Part shown: positions 18,988 through 29,157 of the stretch, in pieces
Layout of the letters: each line of letters opens with the position of its first letter
Numbering within the stretch: position 1 is the stretch's first letter
Source: Bradyrhizobium sp.
Lineage (GTDB): Bacteria; Pseudomonadota; Alphaproteobacteria; Rhizobiales; Xanthobacteraceae
Assembly (NCBI RefSeq): GCF_030697065.1
Contig: NZ_JAUYQU010000288.1
Location: 3,722 to 67,721, forward strand
DNA length: 64,000 bases
Direction of reading: 5' to 3'
Notes under the pieces: generated by a model
Database searches by the model: none
Told to the model about the DNA's origin: nothing
Seen by the model: only the letters and a program-made list of their open reading frames with translations
Program-made: the position numbers and the translations under genes

Positions 18988-20952
18988 ATGCATTCCGGCA
19001 ACAAATCAGTTGGCAATGAAAGCGGTGGCGCCCTGGAGGCGAGCATCGCGGCGGCGACGCAGGGCTTGCTCGGCTACCGCCAGCCGGACGGGCATCTGGT
19101 GTTCGAGCTGGAAGCCGATTGCACCATCCCCTCGGAATATGTGCTGCTCCGCCACTATCTCGGCGAGCCCGTCGACCGCGAACTCGAGGGCAAGATCGCC
19201 AACTATCTGCGCCGCATTCAGGGCGCCCATGGCGGCTGGGCGCTGGTGCATGACGGCGCTTTCGAAATGAGCGCAAGCGTGAAGGCCTATTTCGCGCTGA
19301 AGATGATCGGCGATGCTCCGGATGCGCCGCATATGGCGCGGGCGCGCGAGGCAATCCGCTCGCGTGGCGGCGCCATTCACAGCAATGTCTTCACCCGTTT
19401 CATGCTGTCGATGTTCGGGGTGCTGACCTGGCGCAGCGTGCCGGTATTGCCGGTCGAGATCATGCTGCTGCCGATGTGGTCGCCGTTTCACCTCAACAAG
19501 ATCTCCTACTGGGCGCGTACCACCATCGTGCCGCTGATGGTGCTGGCGGCGCTGAAGCCGCGCGCCAAGAACGTCAGCGGCATCGGCATCGACGAGTTGT
19601 TCCTGCAGCCGCCGCATTCGATCGGGATGACCGCCAAGGCGCCGCATCAGAGCGCGGGCTGGTTCTATCTGTTCCGCAGCCTCGACGGCATCCTGAGGAC
19701 GCTTGAGCCGCTGTTTCCGAAGAAGCTGCGCGCCCGCGCGATCGATGCCGCCGTCGCCTTCATCGAGGAACGGCTGAATGGCGAAGATGGCCTCGGTGCC
19801 ATCTATCCGCCGATGGCCAACACGGTGATGATGTATGAGGTGCTGGGCAAGCCCGCCGACTATCCGCCGCGCGCCATCACCCGAAGAGGCATCGACAAGC
19901 TCCTGGTGATCGGCTTGCAGGAGGCCTATTGCCAGCCCTGCGTTTCGCCGGTGTGGGACACCGCGCTGAGCTGTCATGCCCTGTTCGAAGCCGGCAGCGA
20001 AGCGGCGCTGGCGCCGGCCAAGCAGGGCCTCGACTGGCTGAAGCCCCGGCAGGTTCTGGACGTCAAGGGAGACTGGGCCGTGAAGCGGCCGGAGGTTCGC
20101 CCCGGCGGCTGGGCATTCCAGTACAACAATGCCTACTATCCCGACCTCGACGACACCGCGGTCGTGGTAATGGCGATGGACCGCGCCCGGCGCACCAGCC
20201 ACGATCCGGAATACGATGTCGCGATCGCCCGCGGCCGCGAATGGATCGAGGGGATGCAAAGCAGCGATGGCGGCTGGGCCGCCTTCGACGTCAACAATCT
20301 CGAATACTACCTCAACAACATTCCGTTCTCCGATCACGGCGCGCTGCTCGATCCGCCGACCGAGGATGTCACCGCCCGCTGCGTCTCGATGCTGGCACAG
20401 CTCGGCGAGACCGCGCAGACCAGCAAGGCCGTCGCCGACGGCGTCGACTATCTGCGCCGGACCCAGCTGGCGGAGGGGTCCTGGTATGGCCGCTGGGGGC
20501 TTAACTACATCTACGGAACCTGGTCGGTGCTGTGCGCGCTGAACGCCGCCGGCGTCGACCATCAGGACCCCGCGATGCGCAAGGCCGTGAACTGGCTGCT
20601 GTCGATCCAGAATGCGGACGGCGGCTGGGGCGAAGATGCCGTCAGCTACCGGCTCGACTACAAGGGATTCGAGGGAGCCCCCACCACCGCTTCGCAAACG
20701 GCATGGGCCTTGCTTGGTCTCATGGCGGCGGGCGAGGTCGGACATCCGGCCGTCGCGCGTGGCGTGGAGTACCTAATAGGCACACAGACCGAAAAAGGGC
20801 TGTGGGACGAGCAACGCTACACGGCAACGGGGTTCCCTCGGGTGTTTTATCTGCGCTATCATGGCTATCCGAAATTCTTTCCGCTCTGGGCTTTGGCGCG
20901 GTACCGGAATTTGCGGAACACCAACAGCAAGGTGGTAGGGGTCGGAATGTGA
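18988..20952 (+). CDS. shc: Squalene-hopene cyclase
   Basis: Catalytic DLDDTA; QW repeats (Q.SDGGW, QLAEGSWYGRWG, QNADGGWGE); GFPRVFYLRYHGY. Confidence 0.98.
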   Translation: MHSGNKSVGNESGGALEASIAAATQGLLGYRQPDGHLVFELEADCTIPSEYVLLRHYLGEPVDRELEGKIANYLRRIQGAHGGWALVHDGAFEMSASVKAYFALKMIGDAPDAPHMARAREAIRSRGGAIHSNVFTRFMLSMFGVLTWRSVPVLPVEIMLLPMWSPFHLNKISYWARTTIVPLMVLAALKPRAKNVSGIGIDELFLQPPHSIGMTAKAPHQSAGWFYLFRSLDGILRTLEPLFPKKLRARAIDAAVAFIEERLNGEDGLGAIYPPMANTVMMYEVLGKPADYPPRAITRRGIDKLLVIGLQEAYCQPCVSPVWDTALSCHALFEAGSEAALAPAKQGLDWLKPRQVLDVKGDWAVKRPEVRPGGWAFQYNNAYYPDLDDTAVVVMAMDRARRTSHDPEYDVAIARGREWIEGMQSSDGGWAAFDVNNLEYYLNNIPFSDHGALLDPPTEDVTARCVSMLAQLGETAQTSKAVADGVDYLRRTQLAEGSWYGRWGLNYIYGTWSVLCALNAAGVDHQDPAMRKAVNWLLSIQNADGGWGEDAVSYRLDYKGFEGAPTTASQTAWALLGLMAAGEVGHPAVARGVEYLIGTQTEKGLWDEQRYTATGFPRVFYLRYHGYPKFFPLWALARYRNLRNTNSKVVGVGM

Positions 20953-21683
20953 TTTTGGGGGCGGGGGACCACGCGTTCGCGGGCAATTCAAATGATCCGC
21001 GGCCGGTGCTGATTGTGACCGGATTGGTGCAGGAGGCTCGCATAGCGGCCGGCCCCGGCTTGACCGTCATTTGCAGCAGTAGCGATCCCAGGCAATTGCG
21101 GACGCTGCTGACCGTTTTCGACCCGTCGACGATCCGGGGCGTCATCAGCTTCGGAGTCGCGGGCGGTCTGGATCCCAGTCTGAAATCAGGCGACGTCGTG
21201 GTGGCGACCGAGGTGCTGGCCGGCGATACCCGCTGGATGGCGGGTCTGGCGCTCAATGAGGAACTGATCGCCAGCGTCGCGCTCGGGCGCCGGCGCGTGG
21301 TCCGGGGCGGTCTTGCCGGCGTCGAGCGGGTAATCGCCGCGCGGGCCTGCAAAGCCGCGCTGCGCCTGGAGACGGGCGCTGCCGCTGTCGATATGGAAAG
21401 CCATATCGCCGCCGCCTACGCGGCCGAGGCCGGTTTGCCGTTCGCCGCCCTGCGCGTCATCAGCGACCCCGCCAACCGGGCCTTGCCTGCGCTGGCGATG
21501 GCCGCAATCAAACCGAATGGCGATATCGATCTGCGCAAGGTGCTGAGCGGCGTCGCCCGCAACCCGCTGACACTGCGCGCGCTGGTCTCGACCGGGATCG
21601 ATTTCAATCGTGCGCTGAAGAGCCTGCGCGACGCCCGGAGCTTTCTGCTCGGAGGCGAAGGGTTCGCCACGGCGGAGTTCTGA
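20949..21683 (+). CDS. hpnG: Hopanoid-associated nucleoside phosphorylase HpnG
   Basis: GTG overlapping the shc stop; ISFGVAGGLDP.L..GD, AVDMESH, ALRVISDP. Confidence 0.9.
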   Translation: MILGAGDHAFAGNSNDPRPVLIVTGLVQEARIAAGPGLTVICSSSDPRQLRTLLTVFDPSTIRGVISFGVAGGLDPSLKSGDVVVATEVLAGDTRWMAGLALNEELIASVALGRRRVVRGGLAGVERVIAARACKAALRLETGAAAVDMESHIAAAYAAEAGLPFAALRVISDPANRALPALAMAAIKPNGDIDLRKVLSGVARNPLTLRALVSTGIDFNRALKSLRDARSFLLGGEGFATAEF

Positions 21684-21706
21684 ACCACTGAAACGTCCGC
21701 AAAACG

Positions 21707-21740
21707 AAAACGGGGCGCGATCGGCATCGCGCCCCGTTTT
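21707..21740. terminator. Bidirectional intrinsic terminator between hpnG and hpnH
   Basis: AAAACGGGGCGCGAT-CGGC-ATCGCGCCCCGTTTT; perfect 15-bp stem with A and T tails. Confidence 0.9.
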
Positions 21741-21761
21741 GCGTTTCATTGCCTGATCGAA

Positions 21762-22922
21762 TCAGGCGGCGGTCGAGGCCTTCTGCTGCGCCTTGGCGGC
21801 AGCCGCTTCGGCCTCGTCACGGCGGATATCCGACAGCCGCTTCTGCACTTCCGCCGAGAAGATGTACTGCGCCGGGCGCTGGTGATCGAGACTGATCTCC
21901 GGCGCCATCGGACCCGTGGTCCTGACACCGCGCAGCCCCACCCACATCGCCTTCAACGGATTGGCCAGCGCCGCGTTGGCTGCGGTCGGCTCGTAGCCGC
22001 AATGCGCCATGCAGTCGGCGCACTTCTCGTATTTGCCGGTGCCGTAGGTCTCCCAGTCGGTGGTCTCCATCAATTCCTTGAAGGTCTTGGTGTAGCCTTC
22101 TCCGAGCAGGTAGCAGGGCTTCTGCCAGCCGAAAATGTTGCGCGCCGGCATGCCCCAGGGGGTGCACTCATATTCCTGATTGCCGGCAAGGAAATCCAGG
22201 AACAGGCCGGAATGCATGAAATTCCACTTCTTGCCCTTGCCGAGCGCGAACACGTCGCGGAACAGCTTCTTGGTCTTGGTGCGGTTGAGGAAGTGCTCCT
22301 GGTCGGGCGCGCGCTCATAGGCGTAGCCCGGCGACATCGAGACGCCGACCCCAAGCTCGGTGGTGAAGTCGAGGAACTTGGCGATGTCCTCGGCAGCATG
22401 GCCGTCGAAGATGGTGGCATTGACGTTGACTGCGAAACCCCTCGCCTTGGCGGCCTTGATCGCCGAGACCGCGCGATCGAACACGCCCTTCTGCGACACT
22501 GCCTTGTCGTGGTGGTCCTTCAGGCCGTCGAGATGCACCGAGAAGAACAGATAGGGCGACGGCTCGAACAGATCGAGCTTCTTTTCCAGCAGCAGCGCGT
22601 TGGTGCACAACGACACGAATTTCTTGCGCGCCACCAGGCCGCGGACGATCTCGCCGATTTCCTTGTGGATCAGCGGCTCGCCGCCGGGAATCGCCACCAT
22701 CGGCGCGCCGCATTCGTCGGCGGCATCCCAGCATTCCTGCGCCGACATGCGACGGTTGAGGATGGCGTCGGGATAGTCGATCTTGCCGCAGCCGACGCAG
22801 GCGAGGTTGCAGCGAAACAACGGCTCGAGCATCAGCACCAGCGGATAGCGTTTCCGGCCGAGCAGCTTCTGCTTCATCATGTAGCCGCCGATACGCAACT
22901 CTTTGAAGAAGGGTATTGCCAT
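21762..22922 (-). CDS. hpnH: Adenosylhopane synthase, radical SAM HpnH
   Basis: Starts MAIPFFKELRIG; RYPLVLMLEPLFRCNLACVGC (CxxxCxxC); CTPWG.P..N.FGWQKPCYL; KCADCMAHCGYE. Confidence 0.94.
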   Translation of the reverse strand: MAIPFFKELRIGGYMMKQKLLGRKRYPLVLMLEPLFRCNLACVGCGKIDYPDAILNRRMSAQECWDAADECGAPMVAIPGGEPLIHKEIGEIVRGLVARKKFVSLCTNALLLEKKLDLFEPSPYLFFSVHLDGLKDHHDKAVSQKGVFDRAVSAIKAAKARGFAVNVNATIFDGHAAEDIAKFLDFTTELGVGVSMSPGYAYERAPDQEHFLNRTKTKKLFRDVFALGKGKKWNFMHSGLFLDFLAGNQEYECTPWGMPARNIFGWQKPCYLLGEGYTKTFKELMETTDWETYGTGKYEKCADCMAHCGYEPTAANAALANPLKAMWVGLRGVRTTGPMAPEISLDHQRPAQYIFSAEVQKRLSDIRRDEAEAAAAKAQQKASTAA

Positions 22923-22960
22923 TACAAATTTTCTTTCTGGACTTTGGTAGCGAATTTGGA

Positions 22961-23887
22961 TCAACCCGCAGTCAGTTCGGCTGGAAGCCGGAATTCGATG
23001 TTTTCTTCCCGGCCCGGCAGCACCGATAACTTGACCGGTCCGATCCGCCGCAGGGCCTCGATCACGTCGTCGACCAGAACCTCGGGTGCCGAGGCGCCGG
23101 CGGTGATGCCGACGGCTCTGGCGTCCTTGAGCCACTCCGGGTTCAGCTCGCTTCCGTCGGCAATGAGATAGCTGGCGACCCCGACCTCGGTGCCGATCTC
23201 GCGCAGCCTGTTTGAGTTGGAACTGTTGGTGGCCCCCACCACCAGGATGACATCCACGAGCTTACTCAAATCCCTTACCGCAGATTGGCGGTTCTGTGTC
23301 GCATAGCAGATATCCCGGATGTCCGGGCCTTGAATATCCGTAAATCGGGCCTGGAGGGCGGCAATAATGTCCTTGGTGTCGTCCACGCTGAGCGTGGTCT
23401 GGGTAATATAGGCCACCGGGGTGTCGGTCGGCAGCGTCAGGGTACCGACGTCGTCGACATTCTGGACCAGCGTGACCGGGCCGGGAACCTGTCCCATGGT
23501 TCCCTCGACCTCGGGGTGGCCGGCGTGACCGATCAAGATGAGCGCCCGGCCTTTCGACATATAGCGTTTGCCCTGGTTGTGGACCTTGGTAACCAGGGGG
23601 CAGGTGGCGTTGAGCACCGGCAGGCCGCGCACGGCCGCTTCCTCCTCGACGCTCCGTGCGACGCCATGTGCGCTGAATACCGTGACCGCCAGGGGTGGTA
23701 CCTCCGACAGGTCCTCGACGAAGATGGCGCCCTTGCCCTTGAGGCTTTCGACCACGTATTTGTTATGGACGATCTCGTGCCGGACATAGACCGGCGGGCC
23801 GTATTTCTCGAGCGCGCGCTCGACGATCTCGATCGCACGTACCACGCCCGCGCAAAAACCCCGCGGCTGCGCCAGATAAACTTCCAT
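22961..23887 (-). CDS. ispH: 4-hydroxy-3-methylbut-2-enyl diphosphate reductase
   Basis: [66 protein letters not shown]. Confidence 0.96.
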   Translation of the reverse strand: MEVYLAQPRGFCAGVVRAIEIVERALEKYGPPVYVRHEIVHNKYVVESLKGKGAIFVEDLSEVPPLAVTVFSAHGVARSVEEEAAVRGLPVLNATCPLVTKVHNQGKRYMSKGRALILIGHAGHPEVEGTMGQVPGPVTLVQNVDDVGTLTLPTDTPVAYITQTTLSVDDTKDIIAALQARFTDIQGPDIRDICYATQNRQSAVRDLSKLVDVILVVGATNSSNSNRLREIGTEVGVASYLIADGSELNPEWLKDARAVGITAGASAPEVLVDDVIEALRRIGPVKLSVLPGREENIEFRLPAELTAG

Positions 23888-24115
23888 GGGATGCCCGTTA
23901 AGCAAATTGCACCAAACTCATTCTTTCTGACCGGTCAATCATCATCACCGGTCCGGGTCCGGTCCACCGGATTTGCAATATCCGCACCACGCCCGGTTGG
24001 TCAGAATTGTCCGACTGCCCAAGTCTATGGAGAGACAGGACTTTGTGGCAAAAAACCGTTGAATAGAAAAGACGTCGTGCAACACAATCATGCAACGGCG
24101 TTAAGCAGCTGAAGG

Positions 24116-24127
24116 GTATTATAATAC
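24116..24127. promoter_or_regulatory. Perfect 12-bp AT-rich palindrome between ispH and hpnN
   Basis: GTATTATAATAC is its own reverse complement and contains TATAAT on both strands. Confidence 0.45.
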
Positions 24128-24283
24128 AGGACCGCTGCGGGTGAGCGCGCAACCTCACTGGTTGGTTACTTTATGGCCGACGGTTCGGACTATATCAGCT
24201 GGCAGCGCAGTTTCGGCTTAATTTGCGCTATTTGGTCATGCACCCACTCAAATGTCCTCAAAAACAACATTAGATCGGCCTGC

Positions 24284-24308
24284 GGAACTCGAGTAGACAG
24301 CGGGCGTT
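24284..24308 (+). promoter_or_regulatory. Candidate EcfG promoter upstream of hpnN
   Basis: GGAAC (24284-24288), 16 nt, CGTT (24305-24308); 33 nt before the hpnN GTG. Confidence 0.65.
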
Positions 24309-24341
24309 TCCGGCACGCGGATAACATCAGAAAGAATAGAT

Positions 24342-26930
24342 GTGCTGACAAGTTTTGTCGTTACGATTGTTAAGGCTTGCACGCGCTTTGCCCTGCCAAC
24401 TGTCCTGATCGCACTCGTCCTCGCGATCGCATCGGGCTTCTACACAGCCCGAAACTTCTCCATCAACACCGACATCAACACCCTGATTTCGCCCGAGCTG
24501 GATTGGCGCAAGCGCGACAACCAGTTCCTCGCGGCGTTCGATCGGGACCGCACCATCCTTGCCGTCATCGAGGCGCCGACGCCGGAACTTACCAGCACGG
24601 CAAGCGCTGCGCTGGCGCGCAAACTCGCGGGCGATACCAAGAACTTCGAATCGGTTCAGCCGCTCGGCTCCGGGGAATTTTTCGAGAAGAACGGGCTGCT
24701 GTTCCTCCCGGTGGACGAGGTCGGCAAGCTGACCAGCCAGTTTGCTTCCGCGGCTCCCCTGATCGAGATCATGGCCGGCGATCCCAGCATTCGCGGCCTG
24801 ACCGGCGCGCTTGAAACCGGCCTGGCCGGCATCGCGCGTGGGCAGGTCAAGCTCGACAGCACCGAGCGGCCCTTCAACCTGATCGCCCAGACGGTCGAGA
24901 ACGCATTGAGCAAGGGTACCGCGACATTCTCGTGGCGTGAGCTCACGAGCGACAAGCCGCTGACCGATTCCGACAAGCGCGCCTTCATCGAATTCAAGCC
25001 GATCCTCGATTTCAACGCGCTGGAACCCGGCAAGGCCGCAACCGACGCGATCCGGCAGGCCGCCACCGACCTCAATTTCGCGAGCGAGTATGGCGCCCGG
25101 GTCAGGCTGACAGGGCCGGTTCCGATCGCCAACGAGGAGTTTGCGACGGTTCAGGAGGGCGCCGTCGTCAACGGCATCGGCACCATACTCGTCGTGCTCA
25201 TCATTCTCTGGATGGCGCTGCATTCGTCGAAGATCATCTTCGCGGTGTTCCTGAATCTCTTCATCGGGCTTGCGATCACCACGGCGGTGGGCTTGATGAT
25301 GGTGGGTTCGCTGAACCTGCTCTCGATCGCCTTTGCCGTATTGTTCGTCGGGCTCGGCGTGGATTTCGGAATCCAGTTCAGCGTGCGCTACCGCTCCGAG
25401 CGCTTCAAGAACGACGACCTGGCGCAGGCGCTGGCAAATGCGGCCGAACGTTCAGCGGTTCCGCTGTCGCTCGCCGCGATGGCAACTGCGGCCGGATTCC
25501 TCTGCTTCCTGCCGACCGACTACAAGGGCATCTCGGAACTCGGCATGATCGCCGGTGCCGGCATGCTGATCGCGTATTTAAGCAGTATCACGGTGCTGCC
25601 GGCGTTGCTGAAAATGCTCAACCCGCCGGGCGAGATGGAACCGGTCGGTTACGCCTTTCTGGCCCCGGTCGATTACTTCCTGGAAAAGCAACGTATCCCC
25701 ATCATCGCCGGCACCCTGTTGCTCGTGGTGGCGGGCCTGCCGCTGCTGTATTTCCTGAAATTCGATTTCAACCCGATCAACCTACGCAATTCGCAGGTTG
25801 AATCGATCGCGACCTTTCTCGATCTGCGCAAGGATCCGAACACCGGCGCCAACGCCATCGACGTGATGACGAATTCGGAAGCCGACGCCAAGAAGATTGA
25901 AGCCAGGTTGGAAAAGGTTCCGGAAGTGCTTCGCGTGATGTCGCTGGACAGTTTCGTGCCGCAGGAACAGCCGGCCAAGCTGAAACTGATCTCGGAAGGC
26001 GCGAAGGTACTGCTTCCCGCACTCAATCCCGATTCGATCGATGAAGCGCCCACCGACGAGGAGAACGTCGCTTCCCTGAAGGGATCGGCGGAAGCCCTGC
26101 GCAGGGCCGCCGGCGACGACAAGGGCCCCGGCGCAACGGCATCGCGGCGGCTGGCCGACGCGCTGTCGAAACTCGCCGACGCGAACGAGGCGATGCGCGA
26201 CAAGGTCCAGGCCATTTTCGTCACGCCGCTGAAGGTGGTGCTCGATCAGCTCAAGAGTTCGCTGCAGGCCGAGCCGGTAAGCCTGGAAACCCTGCCGGCG
26301 GGTCTGGTGGCCGGCTGGAAGACCAAGGATGGCCTGATGCGCGTCGAGGCGCTGCCGCGCGGCGATCCCAACGACAACGAAACCCTGCGCACCTTTGCCA
26401 ACGCGGTGCTGGCCGCCGAGCCGAATGCGGTCGGCGGACCGATCTCGATTCTCAAATCGGGCGAAACCATCGTGAAGGCATTCATCTACGCCGGCATCGG
26501 GGCGCTGGTGGTGATCAGCCTGCTGCTCTGGCTGGCGCTGCGGCGCGTCACGGACGTGCTCAATACCATGGTGCCGCTGCTGGTGGCGGGAGCGGTGACG
26601 CTGGAAATCTGCGTGCTGATCGGGCTGCCGCTCAACTTCGCCAACATCGTGGCACTGCCGCTGCTGCTCGGCGTCGGCGTTGCATTCAAGATCTACTACG
26701 TCACGGCCTGGCGGGCGGGCCGCACCAACCTGCTGCAGACCAGCCTGACGCGGGCGATCTTCTTCAGCGCGCTGACGACCGCCACGGCGTTCGGAAGTCT
26801 GTGGCTGTCCAGCCATCCCGGAACCGCCAGCATGGGCAAACTGCTGGCGATCTCGTTCGTCATCACGCTCGCAGCGGTGCTGCTGTTCCAGCCGGCGCTA
26901 ATGGGCAAACCGCGCGATGTCGGGGAGTAG
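24342..26930 (+). CDS. hpnN: Hopanoid transporter HpnN (MMPL/RND)
   Basis: 862 aa with two MMPL repeats; F.INTD...LIS..L.WR, LFVGLGVDFGIQF..RY, LGVGVAF.IY.V..WR, TAFGSL.LS.HPGTASMGKLL; inside the hpn cluster. Confidence 0.9.
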   Translation: MLTSFVVTIVKACTRFALPTVLIALVLAIASGFYTARNFSINTDINTLISPELDWRKRDNQFLAAFDRDRTILAVIEAPTPELTSTASAALARKLAGDTKNFESVQPLGSGEFFEKNGLLFLPVDEVGKLTSQFASAAPLIEIMAGDPSIRGLTGALETGLAGIARGQVKLDSTERPFNLIAQTVENALSKGTATFSWRELTSDKPLTDSDKRAFIEFKPILDFNALEPGKAATDAIRQAATDLNFASEYGARVRLTGPVPIANEEFATVQEGAVVNGIGTILVVLIILWMALHSSKIIFAVFLNLFIGLAITTAVGLMMVGSLNLLSIAFAVLFVGLGVDFGIQFSVRYRSERFKNDDLAQALANAAERSAVPLSLAAMATAAGFLCFLPTDYKGISELGMIAGAGMLIAYLSSITVLPALLKMLNPPGEMEPVGYAFLAPVDYFLEKQRIPIIAGTLLLVVAGLPLLYFLKFDFNPINLRNSQVESIATFLDLRKDPNTGANAIDVMTNSEADAKKIEARLEKVPEVLRVMSLDSFVPQEQPAKLKLISEGAKVLLPALNPDSIDEAPTDEENVASLKGSAEALRRAAGDDKGPGATASRRLADALSKLADANEAMRDKVQAIFVTPLKVVLDQLKSSLQAEPVSLETLPAGLVAGWKTKDGLMRVEALPRGDPNDNETLRTFANAVLAAEPNAVGGPISILKSGETIVKAFIYAGIGALVVISLLLWLALRRVTDVLNTMVPLLVAGAVTLEICVLIGLPLNFANIVALPLLLGVGVAFKIYYVTAWRAGRTNLLQTSLTRAIFFSALTTATAFGSLWLSSHPGTASMGKLLAISFVITLAAVLLFQPALMGKPRDVGE

Positions 26931-27539
26931 GCAGATATCGCCGATGTCGCCGGGCTGGCCGGCTGCCTGCTTCTGACCGGCTTTGGGAGCCGGGCTGGCC
27001 GCACCTGTGGTCCTGGCTACGGGGTTCGGCGGGGCGGGGCGTGTGGCCTGCGGCGCCGCCGCCCTGACAGGCGTTGCCGCTCCCTTCGGCGCGCCCTTGG
27101 CCATGCTGTTGGCGGGGCTCGAGGGGATCGGGCCCGAGACGCGGGTCCAGGTTTCGCCGCCGCAAAGGAAACCCAGCACGCAGCCTTGTATCTCTATCTG
27201 ATCGGTGCCGACCGGCTTGATCGTTGTGGCGTACATTTGGCCGTCCTTGGCGTTGTAGACTTGGCCTTCCCACTGCTCGACGGCAGGCTTCTTCTTCATG
27301 GCGATCAGGATCGGCATGCCCAAAGTCGGTCTGCTCTGCTTTGTGACATCGGGATTGTTCCTGTCGCGGCCGCCCGGCGTCTTCTCCCAGGCTACCGCGC
27401 CCCACATCTGGCCATTGCATTCGGCAACGCGGATGTTGGCGACACCGTCGGCCACCCGCCAGTCGCCGGTCGGATCTGCGGCCAGGGCCGCTGCAATGCC
27501 GGTCGCCATAAAAAAAGCTGAGAATGCTACGCTACGCAT
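26898..27539 (-). CDS. DUF2147 family secreted protein with Pro/Ala-rich tail
   Basis: Signal peptide; ADPTG.W....G.A.I....C.G..WG; W.GQVYNAKDG..Y; GCVLG.LC.GETWTRV. The 3' end overlaps hpnN by 33 bp. Confidence 0.8.
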   Translation of the reverse strand: MRSVAFSAFFMATGIAAALAADPTGDWRVADGVANIRVAECNGQMWGAVAWEKTPGGRDRNNPDVTKQSRPTLGMPILIAMKKKPAVEQWEGQVYNAKDGQMYATTIKPVGTDQIEIQGCVLGFLCGGETWTRVSGPIPSSPANSMAKGAPKGAATPVRAAAPQATRPAPPNPVARTTGAASPAPKAGQKQAAGQPGDIGDICLLPDIARFAH

Positions 27540-27662
27540 GATTTTTCCTTGGCAGTGCGACATGATTCTAACCTGTGGCTTGCGGTTGATTCGAGCGCTG
27601 TCCAAACGCCAGATCGGGAGTTTTCAGTTGACGAAATGCCCGGCAAACGACCTATGTAGCTG

Positions 27663-29054
27663 ATGATATATCCGAATCTAGACGTTTCCGAGATGTTTGT
27701 GGAGCGCCAGGCACAGCGCGGTTCCATGCATACGCGCCATCTGAACGAGCAACTCGTACGGGTTCTCAAGACCATTGGGTATGACGTCGGCTTTCAGAAA
27801 GGGCAGGGCCAGTACCTGTTCGATCGCGATGGTGAACGCTATCTCGATCTACTGAGCGGATTTGGCGTTTTTGCGATTGGCCGCAACCACCCGGTGCTGC
27901 GCCGGGCCCTGAAGAGCGTGCTGGACGCCGACCTGCCCAATCTCGTGCAACTCGACGTCTCCACGCTGGCCGGCGTGCTGGCCGAGCGCCTGCTCAAATA
28001 CGCGCCTTATCTCGACAAGGTGTTTTTCGCCAATTCCGGCGCCGAGTGTGTCGAGGCCGCGATCAAGTTCGCACGCGGCGCCACCGGCCGGCCCGGCATC
28101 GTGTACTGCGAGCATGCCTTCCACGGCCTGTCCTATGGCGCATTGTCGCTCACCGACGATCCGAATTTCCGCGCCGGGTTCGAGCCGCTGCTGCCCGGCT
28201 GCACCCCGATTCCCTTTGACGATCTCGCCGCCCTCGAACAGGCGCTGTCGTCGCGCCAGGTCGCGGCCTTCATCGTCGAGCCGATCCAGGGCAAGGGCGT
28301 CAACATTCCCGGCGACGACTTCCTGCCCGGGGCGGCGGCGCTGTGCCGCAAATATGGCACGCTGCTCATCGCCGACGAGATCCAGACCGGCATCGGCCGC
28401 ACCGGCAAATTCCTCGCGGTTGAGCACTGGAACGTCGAACCCGACATGGTGCTGCTGGCGAAGGCGCTGTCGGGCGGCCACGTTCCGATCGGCGCGCTGC
28501 TGACGCGCAAGAGCATCTTCGACAAGATTTTCAATCAGATGGACCGCGCGGTGGTGCACGGCTCGACCTTCGCGAAGAACGATCTGGCAATGGCGGCCGG
28601 CATCGCGACGCTCGAGGTGATGGAAGCCGAAAAACTGGTTGAGCAGACGGCGCGGCGCGGCGCCGAACTCAGGCTGGCGCTGAAAGCAATGATCCCGGGC
28701 TATGAATTGATGAAGGACGTCCGCGGCAAGGGACTGATGATCGGTGTCGAATTCGGCCCGCCGAAATCGCTCAAGCTGAAGGCATCGTGGAATCTGCTGG
28801 AGAGCGCGAACAAGGGACTGTTCTGCCAGCTCATCACGGTGCCGCTGTTCAAGGAACACAAGATCCTGACCCAGGTCTCCGGCCACGGCAGCCACACCAT
28901 CAAGCTGTTGCCGCCGCTGACCATCACCGAAGACGACTGCAGGTGGATCGAGACCGCGTTCGATTCCGTTATCGCCGCCAGCCACAAGGTCCCCGGTGCG
29001 ATCTGGTCGCTCGGCAAGACGCTGGTCGACAACGCGGTGCGCAAATCGGCTTAG
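27663..29054 (+). CDS. hpnO: Class III PLP aminotransferase HpnO (aminobacteriohopanetriol synthesis)
   Basis: [55 protein letters not shown]; located in the hpn cluster. Confidence 0.85.
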   Translation: MIYPNLDVSEMFVERQAQRGSMHTRHLNEQLVRVLKTIGYDVGFQKGQGQYLFDRDGERYLDLLSGFGVFAIGRNHPVLRRALKSVLDADLPNLVQLDVSTLAGVLAERLLKYAPYLDKVFFANSGAECVEAAIKFARGATGRPGIVYCEHAFHGLSYGALSLTDDPNFRAGFEPLLPGCTPIPFDDLAALEQALSSRQVAAFIVEPIQGKGVNIPGDDFLPGAAALCRKYGTLLIADEIQTGIGRTGKFLAVEHWNVEPDMVLLAKALSGGHVPIGALLTRKSIFDKIFNQMDRAVVHGSTFAKNDLAMAAGIATLEVMEAEKLVEQTARRGAELRLALKAMIPGYELMKDVRGKGLMIGVEFGPPKSLKLKASWNLLESANKGLFCQLITVPLFKEHKILTQVSGHGSHTIKLLPPLTITEDDCRWIETAFDSVIAASHKVPGAIWSLGKTLVDNAVRKSA

Positions 29055-29157
29055 GGCTGCCGAACCGAAAGGACGTTGGCTTCCATCTGCCTCTTTGAAG
29101 CCGCAAATCTGGAAAATGATTAGAGGCAACGGGCTGGTTCCGTCGATGGGGGGACAC

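Noticed and set aside
24200-24216. Sigma54 promoter (TGGCAG-CGCAG-TTTC)
   Set aside because: Lacks the invariant -12 GC.
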